A stretch of 64,000 nt of DNA from an uncultured Gammaproteobacteria bacterium. Lineage in GTDB: Bacteria; Patescibacteriota; Microgenomatia; UBA12405. The translations under genes were made by a program, and so were the position numbers. Location: assembly GCA_964448705.1 (NCBI GenBank), contig CAYUZS010000003.1, positions 9,384 through 73,383 on the forward strand. The letters are read 5' to 3'. This document shows, in pieces, positions 49,636-59,627 of this stretch; positions within the stretch are counted from its first letter, which is position 1, and each line of letters starts with the position of its first letter. The notes below the pieces were generated by a model. That model did no database searches. It was not told where the DNA came from and saw only the letters and a list, made by a program, of their open reading frames with translations.

Positions 49636-52394
49636 TAGTATTTTGCTACATAGTTCAAAACTATATCTCCGACTCTGGCCAAAGCTCCGACACTATTGTC
49701 GGACGCCAATTTTATACGGAATACCGCTGTTTCATCAGCCGCATCCCAATCCGGAGCAGAATCATCGTCAACTGCTGCTTTCGTATATGTTGCCTGCGAC
49801 CAGGAAGTGTTGGCCGATGCCGCTGTTGTAACTACCGTTGTTCCCGGTGTATCACTATCATTATTCACCCTAATCGAAACATAGTTATTTGCTGTCAATG
49901 AAGTCCCGGTCTGATAATAAATAGTAATTGCACACTGACTTCCTGGACAGCTTCCGGAGGACCAACTCTCAAAATCACTTGGCAAAGTCACTCTTACTAT
50001 CACCGTATAATCCTGAACAGACGATTCCTCTGAAGACAATTCATAATAATTTTTCCAGCCAATTCCACCGGCATTCAGGGTACTGTCCGAAGTAATTGAT
50101 ACTGCCGTTGTTCCCGAACCATCGGTTGTTAAAGATGCACCCGGATATTCTGGGGAAAGAACTATTTTTTTATTTGTTCCCGTTGCAGTTGCCGGGGCTG
50201 TTCCACTGATAATATTGCCGCCACTATCTATATATAAAATACCGGCTCCGGTAGCTGCCGATATTCCAGACAACGATAGCGATCCTCCCACTCCCAGGTT
50301 TGTTGAAAACATACCATCACCAATCACATCCAATTCGTGTGTCGGATCTGTTGTCCCGATTCCAACTGAACCAGAGAAATAATTTTTTATTTCTCCAACA
50401 AGATAGGCACCCCATTTGGTGGCGGTACCGGAAGACATATCTCCATAAAAGGCGTACTGAGTGCCTGCAGTGGAACTACTACCAACACTGGCATAGTAAT
50501 GGTAAGCAATATCATTGCTAAAAGTGGTTAAACTGTCCCAGCTGCCGACAAGAATTTGAGAGTAGGCATCGCTGGTACCTCTGATGGTAGTGTGGGAACC
50601 ATAACCTCTGTTGTTATTAACAGCACCTTGGAGAGTAATGTCATTCTTCAGGCCGATTACTTCTGAAGAAGAATTGTTAACTCCGGAAGTTGAAGTAAGT
50701 TCGTTGTTAAAGCCAATTAAATCTTTTAAACCGGTGCTAACCGTACCAACGTTATAAAAACCTGACATATTACCGTAACTACTGGCAGCCGAATCAACAG
50801 TCAAGGCATTGAAAATGGCGGAATTGTAGGTGTCACCGGCAGAATCGTTGATAGAAATTTCGACAGCGTCATCATATTGACTAAGTGCCATGTCGACGAT
50901 TTCTAATTTAGCAGTGGTAGGGTTAGTGAGACCTATGCCAACGCGCCCATTACTACTGATGGAAAAAGCTTGACTGTTACCGAGACCTAAAAACAACAAA
51001 GAGTAATTGGAAGTGTTAATAGTAGTATTTTGAGCTAAAGTACCACCGAGACCGAATTGATTTAAACCGGAAAGACTTAGACCATTGTAAGCGGAATAAG
51101 TAGAACCAATACCACCGGCAGAAATCCAAGCCAAACCACCAGCACCATTGCTAGATAAGACTTGGCCACTGGAACCGGTGACTCCGGCACCAACAAAAAT
51201 CGTACCCGTTAAATTAATATCACCGGCAATATCCAATTTTTTAGTGGGCAATGTCGTCCCTATTCCGATTTTTCCGTCATTTGTTACCACCATTCCGGCA
51301 ACAAAACTACCGGTTACATATTTACCCACCCTGAATTGATAATGATCATTATTACTGGAACCCAAGGCCACATCGTACGACAAATCCAAAATATTATTGT
51401 ATCCGACATACCAATCAGAAATAGTTTTGTCTCTGATATTCCATTTACATCCCTTATTCACATCATTACAAGCAAAACCGGTCGTTCCTATCGACCAAGC
51501 TGATGCTTCAATATTTCCTACCACCGCCAAAGAAGAATCCGGATTCGTAGTTCCAATTCCCACATATCCACTTGCACCGATAAACAAAGATTGTGTCCCT
51601 CCTAAACCGGTAAACAATAAACTAAAGTTTGAAGTTCCGATCTGTGTCGCCTGAGTTAATGTCCCTCCTAAACCAAGAACTGTTCCTGTTAAATTTAGAC
51701 CATTGTTTGCCGTATAACTGGGTAAAGTGCCCGCTCTCAAATTACCGGTAGAAGTGATATACAAAACAGTTGTTCCTGTGCCCAAAGGTAAATTTGTAAA
51801 CGAAACCGTCCCTCCCACACTTAGTCCGGCAAAAGAAACTAAACTTTCAGTTGACAGGTTTTGATTCAAAGTAATTCCCACTCCGTTAACTGTCATAAAA
51901 TTATCTCCGAAAGTTACCGTTTTACTGTCACCTATACTCAAAGTTCCTGAAGTGCTGGTCACTGTTAACCCGTTAACTTTTTCCGCGTTGAAAGCGTAGG
52001 GGACTGCCGACATTCTGATTCTCGGCGTCATGTCGCCGTCATGGTTGTATTCCACACTCAAATACAAACTATCAGAATTAAAACTTAAATTATCAGGAAA
52101 TGTTACGTATGTTCCTAAAGAAACGGAAAATATACCGCTTCCCACCGGCACCTGGCTAGTACCGCTATTCCAGCTTTCCGTCCATAAAGATGTTCCTGCT
52201 GAAAGAGAATCCCATAATGTAAATCTGAAATCATAGTTTCCGTCTGCCACGTTTAAGCCCTCTAAGCCGGTTCCTTTGCTCACCACTTTTCCCTGGAAAT
52301 TAATTTTTCTGTTTATTCCCGGTGCAGCGAATATTCCTTTAACACTGGCAAAAAATATCAATAATGCCAATGTAAAAACCATTATTTTTTTCAT
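49635..52394 (-). CDS. Secreted tail-fibre-like protein with (V/I)GIG(T/L)T repeats
   Basis: Signal peptide, INFQGK..DGNY.FRF..W.E N-terminal domain, four G.VGIGTT.P-type repeats. Confidence 0.75.
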   Translation of the reverse strand: MKKIMVFTLALLIFFASVKGIFAAPGINRKINFQGKVVSKGTGLEGLNVADGNYDFRFTLWDSLSAGTSLWTESWNSGTSQVPVGSGIFSVSLGTYVTFPDNLSFNSDSLYLSVEYNHDGDMTPRIRMSAVPYAFNAEKVNGLTVTSTSGTLSIGDSKTVTFGDNFMTVNGVGITLNQNLSTESLVSFAGLSVGGTVSFTNLPLGTGTTVLYITSTGNLRAGTLPSYTANNGLNLTGTVLGLGGTLTQATQIGTSNFSLLFTGLGGTQSLFIGASGYVGIGTTNPDSSLAVVGNIEASAWSIGTTGFACNDVNKGCKWNIRDKTISDWYVGYNNILDLSYDVALGSSNNDHYQFRVGKYVTGSFVAGMVVTNDGKIGIGTTLPTKKLDIAGDINLTGTIFVGAGVTGSSGQVLSSNGAGGLAWISAGGIGSTYSAYNGLSLSGLNQFGLGGTLAQNTTINTSNYSLLFLGLGNSQAFSISSNGRVGIGLTNPTTAKLEIVDMALSQYDDAVEISINDSAGDTYNSAIFNALTVDSAASSYGNMSGFYNVGTVSTGLKDLIGFNNELTSTSGVNNSSSEVIGLKNDITLQGAVNNNRGYGSHTTIRGTSDAYSQILVGSWDSLTTFSNDIAYHYYASVGSSSTAGTQYAFYGDMSSGTATKWGAYLVGEIKNYFSGSVGIGTTDPTHELDVIGDGMFSTNLGVGGSLSLSGISAATGAGILYIDSGGNIISGTAPATATGTNKKIVLSPEYPGASLTTDGSGTTAVSITSDSTLNAGGIGWKNYYELSSEESSVQDYTVIVRVTLPSDFESWSSGSCPGSQCAITIYYQTGTSLTANNYVSIRVNNDSDTPGTTVVTTAASANTSWSQATYTKAAVDDDSAPDWDAADETAVFRIKLASDNSVGALARVGDIVLNYVAKY

Positions 52395-52479
52395 CTTTTA
52401 GTACCCAAAAACCCGTGAAATATATCACGTAAACCAATTGTAACGTTTATAACAAACCAAAAAAATAAGATAAACTATA

Positions 52480-53382
52480 TCAATGAATTCTTACCAAAAA
52501 TAGTGTCGTTATTAATGAAATTATCATCACGATTAGAATTCCCTCATAACCAAAATACCAGTACGTTTCAGTTTCTGTTTCCGTTTTTTCTGACTTATCA
52601 AAATGATAATCAACTTCTACAACATATTTTCCCGGCCAGTTCCACTTTTTTATTCTTTTTAATCCCGTCTCTATAATTCGATAACTTTCCGGAAGAACTT
52701 TCACAGAACCTTCATTCACAATTCCTTTCTCGACAATTTCCCCTTGTCCATTTTTAATTTTCACTGTTCCTCTGGGAATCACATGAGCATTACCGCTGTT
52801 CCAAAAACGCAAAGCTATTGTCTTTGGAAAAATAAAAATATTCTTCTTCATTTCTGCTGACTTCAGATTTAAGTTTCTAATCTCGCCGCCGGTTTTCAAA
52901 ACATAAACCAAAGAGGCTAAAGTTTGATTAATTCCCACCGAATCTTTCCCGTTATCGTTTTTTGATTTTACCGTCGCCATCACCGCCCCATAATGTCCGC
53001 CCGGAGACAATGACTCTTTATTTAAAATTGTTATTTTAATTTTTTCCTTACTGTTGGGCATTATTGTAATCGATTCTTTTTCCGGACTAATCCAGGAAGC
53101 CAGAGAGTATTTACGTTGGCTGTTATCGTTATCTGTGGTAATAAAAGCCAATCCGCCGGTTTCATCCAAAGATCCGAAGTCAACCACTGAAATTTCAAAG
53201 GTTGTTTCCTTGTCAGTTTGGTTGCCGATTTCAATTTCTACATTCACTTGTTTCTCTCCCGGCAAAATTTCAATATCTGAAAACGGGGGAGTCATCAAAA
53301 AGTTTTCGGCTCTTATCCCTCCAGGGTTAAACATCTTCAAAAATATCAACCCGATAAGAAGCCCACGGCCTAAATATCTCAT
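52480..53382 (-). CDS. DUF916/WxL-interacting-protein-like membrane protein
   Basis: Signal peptide, LASWI, PGGHYGAV, NSGNAHVIPRG, GKY, C-terminal TM. Confidence 0.65.
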   Translation of the reverse strand: MRYLGRGLLIGLIFLKMFNPGGIRAENFLMTPPFSDIEILPGEKQVNVEIEIGNQTDKETTFEISVVDFGSLDETGGLAFITTDNDNSQRKYSLASWISPEKESITIMPNSKEKIKITILNKESLSPGGHYGAVMATVKSKNDNGKDSVGINQTLASLVYVLKTGGEIRNLNLKSAEMKKNIFIFPKTIALRFWNSGNAHVIPRGTVKIKNGQGEIVEKGIVNEGSVKVLPESYRIIETGLKRIKKWNWPGKYVVEVDYHFDKSEKTETETETYWYFGYEGILIVMIISLITTLFLVRIH

Positions 53383-54413
53383 TTTTTTCTGGTCTCTATC
53401 ATTTTTTTAATCGGTACTATTAAAACCGAACGTAAGCCAAGAACCACCAATAAAACTACCACCCCCAATCCTCCTAATATTCTACAGGGAATTATCCAAA
53501 AAGTTAGTGTTCCTTCAATCGGTACATCTTTCTCTCCGTCATCATAAACCAGCAGCATATTGGCCGTGTATTTTCCCCAACGTAACTTTGAAACCTGAGA
53601 AAAATCCCATTTTAACTCTTTCTTTATCTTTCCCAACCTGTCAGTCACCACCTGTTTATCATTTACTTTTTCCACATAAACCGGAAAACCGTCATTCCAT
53701 TCGCTTTCGAATATTCTATTCGAATCCGGTAATACATTTCCTTTTAAATCGTTGATTCCTAAAATTGCGGCATCTTTTTTTTCTCCCCATTTATCAATAA
53801 AGATATTTCCTCTTGGAGAAACATGAACGTTTCCCTCATTTTTTAATTTAACTGTAAATTTTGTCGGAAGAAATTCGTAAACTTTTTTTGGTGTCGAAAA
53901 TTCCAACACTTCCACCTTCCTCACCGCCTGAGGTACCCGAACTTCCAATAAAATCAGGGAAGCTGTTGCCCCAATCACTTTTGTTTTTCCTTCTCCGACT
54001 CCATTTTCTTCATCACTTCTGGATAAAGTAACCGCATAGTAATAACCAAAAGCCGCCGTCTCCGGCACATTTATATTTACGGTAATAGTTTTCCATTCAT
54101 TAGCGTTAAGAACAAACCCTTTTTCCGAAAAACTTACCCAATCAAAATAATCATCACCTTCTTCTCTCTCTATTAACTTAGGCTTTCCCTCATCTCCGTA
54201 TACCGAGAATTTCATTAATCCTGCTTGTAGTGTTTCCGGATGATCGGAATTATTTTTTATTTTTATCTGAGCCGATACTGTTGCTCCCGGTTCTGTCACC
54301 AAATTAATCGGTAGGGGAGACACCACCAGATTTAAGCCGTCATCCGCCGCAAAAACTTTATGGGGAATAAAAAAAGCTGTCGCTATCAATCCCCAAAAAA
54401 ACCAATTTTTCAT
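53379..54413 (-). CDS. DUF916/WxL-interacting-protein-like membrane protein
   Basis: Paralog of the neighbour: VSP, DWVS, VP..A.FGYY, NEGNVHVSPRG, GKYTA, FWIIP plus TM and basic tail. Confidence 0.7.
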   Translation of the reverse strand: MKNWFFWGLIATAFFIPHKVFAADDGLNLVVSPLPINLVTEPGATVSAQIKIKNNSDHPETLQAGLMKFSVYGDEGKPKLIEREEGDDYFDWVSFSEKGFVLNANEWKTITVNINVPETAAFGYYYAVTLSRSDEENGVGEGKTKVIGATASLILLEVRVPQAVRKVEVLEFSTPKKVYEFLPTKFTVKLKNEGNVHVSPRGNIFIDKWGEKKDAAILGINDLKGNVLPDSNRIFESEWNDGFPVYVEKVNDKQVVTDRLGKIKKELKWDFSQVSKLRWGKYTANMLLVYDDGEKDVPIEGTLTFWIIPCRILGGLGVVVLLVVLGLRSVLIVPIKKMIETRKK

Positions 54414-54418
54414 TTAAA

Positions 54419-55420
54419 TCAAAAATTACCTGCACCAATTATAGTCCAAGTATCCGTATAATCTGCACCAGCAGCCTTAGTGGCCACCATTGTCGCATGA
54501 GCTATTAAAGATACCGTATCACCGTTGGTTTTTCCGGTTCTGGAAGCAAATGGTTGAAAAGAAGTACTCAATGTTCCTCCTGACGTAGTCCCATTTCCAC
54601 CATATTCCGCATCGGCAGTCAAGGTTCCCGAACCGGTACCCGAAGTCACTCCGACATCAACCACATAACAATCAGTTCCTGTCACACATGTTTCCGCAGT
54701 TGCATTTATTGTTCCAGATGTTCCGATACTTTCACCTGTCGTCACCGAATTCAATCCGGCATTCAAACTTTTGATCCATCCCGTCCAACCTTTGGCCGCG
54801 TTAGTTCCCACGGACACAGTTATTCCCGTCGTCGAAGACACTGCTCCGGAACTTAAATCAGTTGTAAAAGCATCTGTATTTCCCGACAATGAAAAAGTAA
54901 ATGTCGGTGGTACATTGGCCGTAATCACCACCCGATCATCAGTAATTATTCTGGAGGTAACTGTTGTTGAATCAATTACGGCATTCCCTGCATCCAAACT
55001 TTCCACTCTGTCTAAAGCACTTCCGGCTGAAGGAGTTGTTACCCCGACAGACAAATTGAAAGCGTAAGTTGTTCCCACTGTTAAATCAGTCACCCCGGAT
55101 ACCACAATACTTGTTCCGGAACCGACTGCTGTCAAAGTACCTGGTAATGCTGTTGCACCGGCAGGTAATGAAGTCACCGTCACCGATTGTCCCGCTCCTA
55201 CTATTGCCGACCCAAACACCAATTTGATTTTATTTTCCGTAGCCGTACTTGCCGGAACAATTAACACCTGTAAACTGGATAAAGTTGCAGCCTTCATCCG
55301 GTCATATCTGATAGAAGCTTTTGTAAATTGAGATGCATATACGCCGTTTACACTCAAAAACCACACTCCCAAAACTAAAAAAAACAACCTCATGTTTTTA
55401 AGAAAATTCCTCAAGATCAT
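54419..55420 (-). CDS. Secreted Thr/Gly-rich WxL-like protein
   Basis: Signal peptide, no TM anchor, ends AGADYTDTWTIIGAGNF; TTGACA upstream at 55493-55498. Confidence 0.65.
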   Translation of the reverse strand: MILRNFLKNMRLFFLVLGVWFLSVNGVYASQFTKASIRYDRMKAATLSSLQVLIVPASTATENKIKLVFGSAIVGAGQSVTVTSLPAGATALPGTLTAVGSGTSIVVSGVTDLTVGTTYAFNLSVGVTTPSAGSALDRVESLDAGNAVIDSTTVTSRIITDDRVVITANVPPTFTFSLSGNTDAFTTDLSSGAVSSTTGITVSVGTNAAKGWTGWIKSLNAGLNSVTTGESIGTSGTINATAETCVTGTDCYVVDVGVTSGTGSGTLTADAEYGGNGTTSGGTLSTSFQPFASRTGKTNGDTVSLIAHATMVATKAAGADYTDTWTIIGAGNF

Positions 55421-55505
55421 TAATTTAATTTGGACACAAATAAAAAAAGTATATTATTTAACTAATTAAATATGCAATATTTCCAACCAATTTGTCAAGT
55501 ATATG

Positions 55506-56555
55506 TCAGAAATTAGCCGCCGCTACAATGGTTAATATTTCACTGTAATCACCGGCCGCCGGTGTATCATTTCCGGATTTTGCCTTAATTACAAAAGAAC
55601 CTCTACCCCCACTTAGTGGCGACATCGAATAAAAAATTTGTCTTACCAAAGTATCTGTAATTCCCACCACATTTCCATTACCACTGTAATTATTTTCAAT
55701 TACCAAAGGACCTCCCGCTGATTGGTCAACCGATAACCCTTGAACTCCGAAACCGTCGTCTACCGAACCTAAATCGCCGTTAACTGCCGCAATTGTGTAA
55801 CCGGTGGCCGTACTTTGTAAACCTCCGTTTTGGCCGTAAACATAAACTCCTGCTCCACTGCTGCCGTTTGTTTCCACACTAACCCACACTTTATCACTGC
55901 TGGTAGTCACACTTCCCGGATACAAATCTCCCAAAGTTACAACATACGGCGGTTCACTGGTGGTGTCGCTCACCGAAACATCAATATCAAAAACTAATTG
56001 GGGAGAAACAGTTGCTGCTGTTGCCGTCGGACCATAATCGGTTTCTGTATATTTCCCTTGAACCGCTTTAATTTTTACTTTATAAATAGTGTTGGATTCC
56101 AAACCTAGAATATCAAATCCTTCCGATCCTCCCCACAAATCATAAGTTTGATAATTGTTAATATCAAAACTATCACCTAAAGTATGATCATCTTTTACAT
56201 AATAAGTCGTTAAAAAGTTATCACTGCTAACGGCAATCGCATAAAGCACATCGTCAGGATTGTTTTGTTCATCAATCACCAAATGTAGCTTATTGTAGTC
56301 ATTATCGACGTTGGAAAATGAAGCTATTGTCGGCACATTGCTTTGTCTCACAAAAGTCAGGCCGCCCTTCAGGTCGAAACTACTGCCAGCTCCTGTTTGA
56401 CTGTCCTGTTCTCCTAAACTTCCTTCAATCGTGTAGTTCGAAGAACCAATATTACCACCTCCGGCATTTCCCACCGTCAACCCTTCCATCTGATAATTAC
56501 CGCTTGCCGGCAGCACTAAAAAAGCCATCAACCACCACCTCCATTTATTCGTCAT
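55506..56555 (-). CDS. Secreted protein with FN3-like and WxL-like domains
   Basis: Ends AAGDYSEILTIVAAANF; C-terminal domain paralogous to 54419..55420. Confidence 0.65.
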   Translation of the reverse strand: MTNKWRWWLMAFLVLPASGNYQMEGLTVGNAGGGNIGSSNYTIEGSLGEQDSQTGAGSSFDLKGGLTFVRQSNVPTIASFSNVDNDYNKLHLVIDEQNNPDDVLYAIAVSSDNFLTTYYVKDDHTLGDSFDINNYQTYDLWGGSEGFDILGLESNTIYKVKIKAVQGKYTETDYGPTATAATVSPQLVFDIDVSVSDTTSEPPYVVTLGDLYPGSVTTSSDKVWVSVETNGSSGAGVYVYGQNGGLQSTATGYTIAAVNGDLGSVDDGFGVQGLSVDQSAGGPLVIENNYSGNGNVVGITDTLVRQIFYSMSPLSGGRGSFVIKAKSGNDTPAAGDYSEILTIVAAANF

Positions 56556-59250
56556 TATTTTTTAAAATCATTTTTAACCATATCGCCATACTAACCCAGG
56601 AAAAAATAACCCCGATTCCGTTTGTTTTCCAGCCAAAATTGTGCCAAAAAATCAGCTCTGTCACCATCACCGCCATTATTAATAGTGTAAATATCCATTG
56701 GCTAAACAAGAGCATTATTTTTAATAGTGATTTTTTAGTTTTTTCTTCCGGAGTATAAGTCTTATCCATTTCCAAATTGATATCTCCGGCCATTATCCCT
56801 TCCGGAGTAAAATCATACATCGGAGTCGGTTCATAACCCTCCTTAACTGCCGTCAATTTATAACTTTTGGCCGGTTTAATTTTTAGAAGAAATTCACCCA
56901 AATCATTTGTCATCCCTTTTCCGATAATCTTGTTTAAGCCGTCATCGACCAGGTAAACTTTAGCGTTTCCGATCGGCTTTTGAAAGTCTGTATCCAGCAC
57001 CGTCCCTTGTAGAAATTTTTGCTTTGGGTTAATTTTTTTTCTAAGGATAGAAAATATTTTTTTTGGCAGCAGCCACCAATAAACTTTTGTTTTTCTTACT
57101 CCCCACCACCACATCAACACTGCTAATTCACACCCTGTCAACAAGTTAACTAATTTTAAAAACCTTCTCGAAGTCATCAAATCGTCAATAAATTGTTTGG
57201 AAAAGAAATACACATCACCGGCAATTTTTCCCAAATACTTTAGTCTTTGTCCGATTGCTGTCCTCTCCTTTCTTAATATTACCGTCGGTATTTTTTCATT
57301 TTCACCAAAACCAATTGTAAAATCCTGCTGCTCGTTGCTATAACCAATCTCATTCACCACTACCCGATAAGTCCCTTTCGGAAAAATAGCTTTCACTTCT
57401 CCATTTGATTGTGTAAAGACCGGATTTTGAATTCCAAAAGTTTCAGGGCTAATTAAGACAAACATTTTTTTATCGTTGTTATACATATAAAATTCAACCT
57501 TGGCATTTTCTATCGGCAAACCCATCTCGTCTGTCACTTTTAATGGAGATATTACCCTAAGATTGGCGATGCTTTCTTCAGTAATATTTCCGTCCATATC
57601 TTCAATCCTGATCAAAATCTCATAATAACCCACAGTTTCAGGACTTTTAAGATGTCCCACAAACCCCAAACCATCAACCTGTATCAAACTCACTTCTGTC
57701 CAGTTCGGTTCAAATCCATAAACTGAACTTATACCCAGCACCTGTGAATTTCTAACCATCACTTTTACCTGTTTAATTTTTTCCGGATTATTCAAGTTAA
57801 TTCTCAGAACATAATCCTGATCTCTGGTTAAAATTATTTTGTTTTCCGAATCCTCGTTTGTTTTTGAGTCCAATAGCACGTTGTTCTCCACTCCAATGAG
57901 AATAGATTTTTTGTCCACTTTCAGCTGACTCTCCGTTTTTGCTGTCTGAAAAGTATAGTTTTCAGAAACGACTGTCTCTCCCTCTTCACCGGTGGCTTCG
58001 ATGGTGAAAAAATAAACTGTTCCCGCTTTTAAATTATCAATCTTGATTCTGTTTATTTTTGCCGTCACCGCCGCTATCAAAGTCTTGTCCATTTTTTTTA
58101 ATGATGTTCCGTAGCTTATTTTTAATGATTCCGGTTTAATATTTGTTTTTACTTCTATTTCCACCGACTCTGTCGATAAACCGACAATTTCTATTTTTTC
58201 AATATTTATTTTTTGTGATAATGGTAGTTGCGTTGGCATTACTTTTGCCTCAGTCGGTTGTACCGTCGTTTTTTCCGGAATCGGAGTGATTATTTTTTTT
58301 GGTTGGTAGGTATTCACCACCTCATCACCCAATGTAATTATATTTGCCCCATTTAAAGTTGCCTTTACCACAAATGAGACTTTATTATTTCCCATATAAC
58401 TGCTGCCTGTTTTTAGTTTAAAACTAAGAAGTTGATCGCTTAGTTCTGCCGGAAAGGAATTGATTGTCCAGCTTATTTTTCTATTTATCGGATCTATCAC
58501 CGGTTCCACCCCGCCCCAGGCAGTTGATCCGCTGCCGATAACATAATCAACAACTTCCACCGTTGGCACCGGCGATCCTTCAATCGTTCCCAAACTCCAT
58601 TCCGCCGACACCACTAAAGGTTTAGTTGAATTTAATAAATATGAACCATAAGTAATGGTATATTCAATTTCTTCTCCGTCTTCCAAATCATAGTTTTTGT
58701 CGCTTTCAATTTTTAATTGAAAATCATTCTCCTTTGCCCCCACTTTTCCGGTCACTGTCACCTCATCATTTTTAATCACCGCTAATTTAACTTCCGACAT
58801 TTCCAATTGGCTGCCATTATTCAATGTTGCCGCCTGCCATTTATACGCTGCTCCGTCTCCAGAAACAGGATTTGTCCCGATTCCTCCGGTAATGTAAAAA
58901 CCATAAGTAGTCTGGTTATTCAGGTCGTTACTGGAAAAATATAAATTGTTACCGAAAACTCCATTCAAATTTGATCCCGGCCAAGCCGTCACTCCCGCCG
59001 GTAACCCTGCGGTGCTTATTGCCAAACTGCTTGCCGTTACTGTCCAACCATCCCCAATTTTCAACATTAATCCGTCTTCACTTTGATTATTTCCCGTTTT
59101 AACAGTCACCAAAATCGGAAGAGGGGATTGGTTTTCAGCCATCCTTTCCGGCCTTATCGTCATCTCTTCCAGGCCTCCGGCTCTCACTGTCTGAAAGCTT
59201 GTCAAAAAAAATACTCCTAAAAACAGTAAGCTTAACCACATTTTCCTCAT
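56545..59250 (-). CDS. Large membrane-anchored multidomain surface protein (FN3, carboxypeptidase-regulatory-like)
   Basis: Signal peptide, LKAGTVYFFTIEA, PIENAKV and PIGNAKV domains, TM helices; start taken as 59250. Confidence 0.75.
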   Translation of the reverse strand: MRKMWLSLLFLGVFFLTSFQTVRAGGLEEMTIRPERMAENQSPLPILVTVKTGNNQSEDGLMLKIGDGWTVTASSLAISTAGLPAGVTAWPGSNLNGVFGNNLYFSSNDLNNQTTYGFYITGGIGTNPVSGDGAAYKWQAATLNNGSQLEMSEVKLAVIKNDEVTVTGKVGAKENDFQLKIESDKNYDLEDGEEIEYTITYGSYLLNSTKPLVVSAEWSLGTIEGSPVPTVEVVDYVIGSGSTAWGGVEPVIDPINRKISWTINSFPAELSDQLLSFKLKTGSSYMGNNKVSFVVKATLNGANIITLGDEVVNTYQPKKIITPIPEKTTVQPTEAKVMPTQLPLSQKINIEKIEIVGLSTESVEIEVKTNIKPESLKISYGTSLKKMDKTLIAAVTAKINRIKIDNLKAGTVYFFTIEATGEEGETVVSENYTFQTAKTESQLKVDKKSILIGVENNVLLDSKTNEDSENKIILTRDQDYVLRINLNNPEKIKQVKVMVRNSQVLGISSVYGFEPNWTEVSLIQVDGLGFVGHLKSPETVGYYEILIRIEDMDGNITEESIANLRVISPLKVTDEMGLPIENAKVEFYMYNNDKKMFVLISPETFGIQNPVFTQSNGEVKAIFPKGTYRVVVNEIGYSNEQQDFTIGFGENEKIPTVILRKERTAIGQRLKYLGKIAGDVYFFSKQFIDDLMTSRRFLKLVNLLTGCELAVLMWWWGVRKTKVYWWLLPKKIFSILRKKINPKQKFLQGTVLDTDFQKPIGNAKVYLVDDGLNKIIGKGMTNDLGEFLLKIKPAKSYKLTAVKEGYEPTPMYDFTPEGIMAGDINLEMDKTYTPEEKTKKSLLKIMLLFSQWIFTLLIMAVMVTELIFWHNFGWKTNGIGVIFSWVSMAIWLKMILKNNDE

Positions 59251-59294
59251 CAATATCAGTTTAATATAATTCATTTTTATATAATAGAGTTATT

Positions 59295-59591
59295 ATGCGC
59301 ACCACCGCTCCCGCTCCGCTTTCCGAAACGCTTTTCAAAATGAGCGAATTAATGGAAAAAAGAAAAAAATATATCAAAAACGAATTTCAGGCTTTCGGTC
59401 TGCAGTTAGCCGAAGAGCTTGATGATTGGAAAAACAAATCTCTTTATATTCGTCTGGCCAAAAATACTCCCCGAAAAACTCTGGAAAAAGCCCTTTATTT
59501 TGTGAAGGACCAAAATCGAAACACTATCAAATCAAAAGCTAAATTATTTATGTGGAAATTGAAAGAATTAAATCGATTGGATACTCCTTGA
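59295..59591 (+). CDS. Hypothetical protein
   Basis: 98-aa basic helical ORF, EFQAFGLQLAEELDD..SLYIRLAK..LFMWK. Confidence 0.7.
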   Translation: MRTTAPAPLSETLFKMSELMEKRKKYIKNEFQAFGLQLAEELDDWKNKSLYIRLAKNTPRKTLEKALYFVKDQNRNTIKSKAKLFMWKLKELNRLDTP

Positions 59592-59617
59592 CAAACGCAA
59601 CTGGGTTGCAGTAATAT
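59588..59617 (+). promoter_or_regulatory. Sigma70 promoter with palindromic operator GCAAC-N3-GTTGC
   Basis: TTGACA-18 nt-TAATAT with the palindrome at 59597-59609 in the spacer. Confidence 0.65.
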
Positions 59618-59627
59618 ACCTATTATT

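Noticed and set aside
42994-59250. Prophage or integrative element at tRNA-Ala
   Set aside because: No integrase, capsid, terminase or att repeat seen; the tail-fibre-like proteins carry Sec signal peptides, indicating cellular surface proteins
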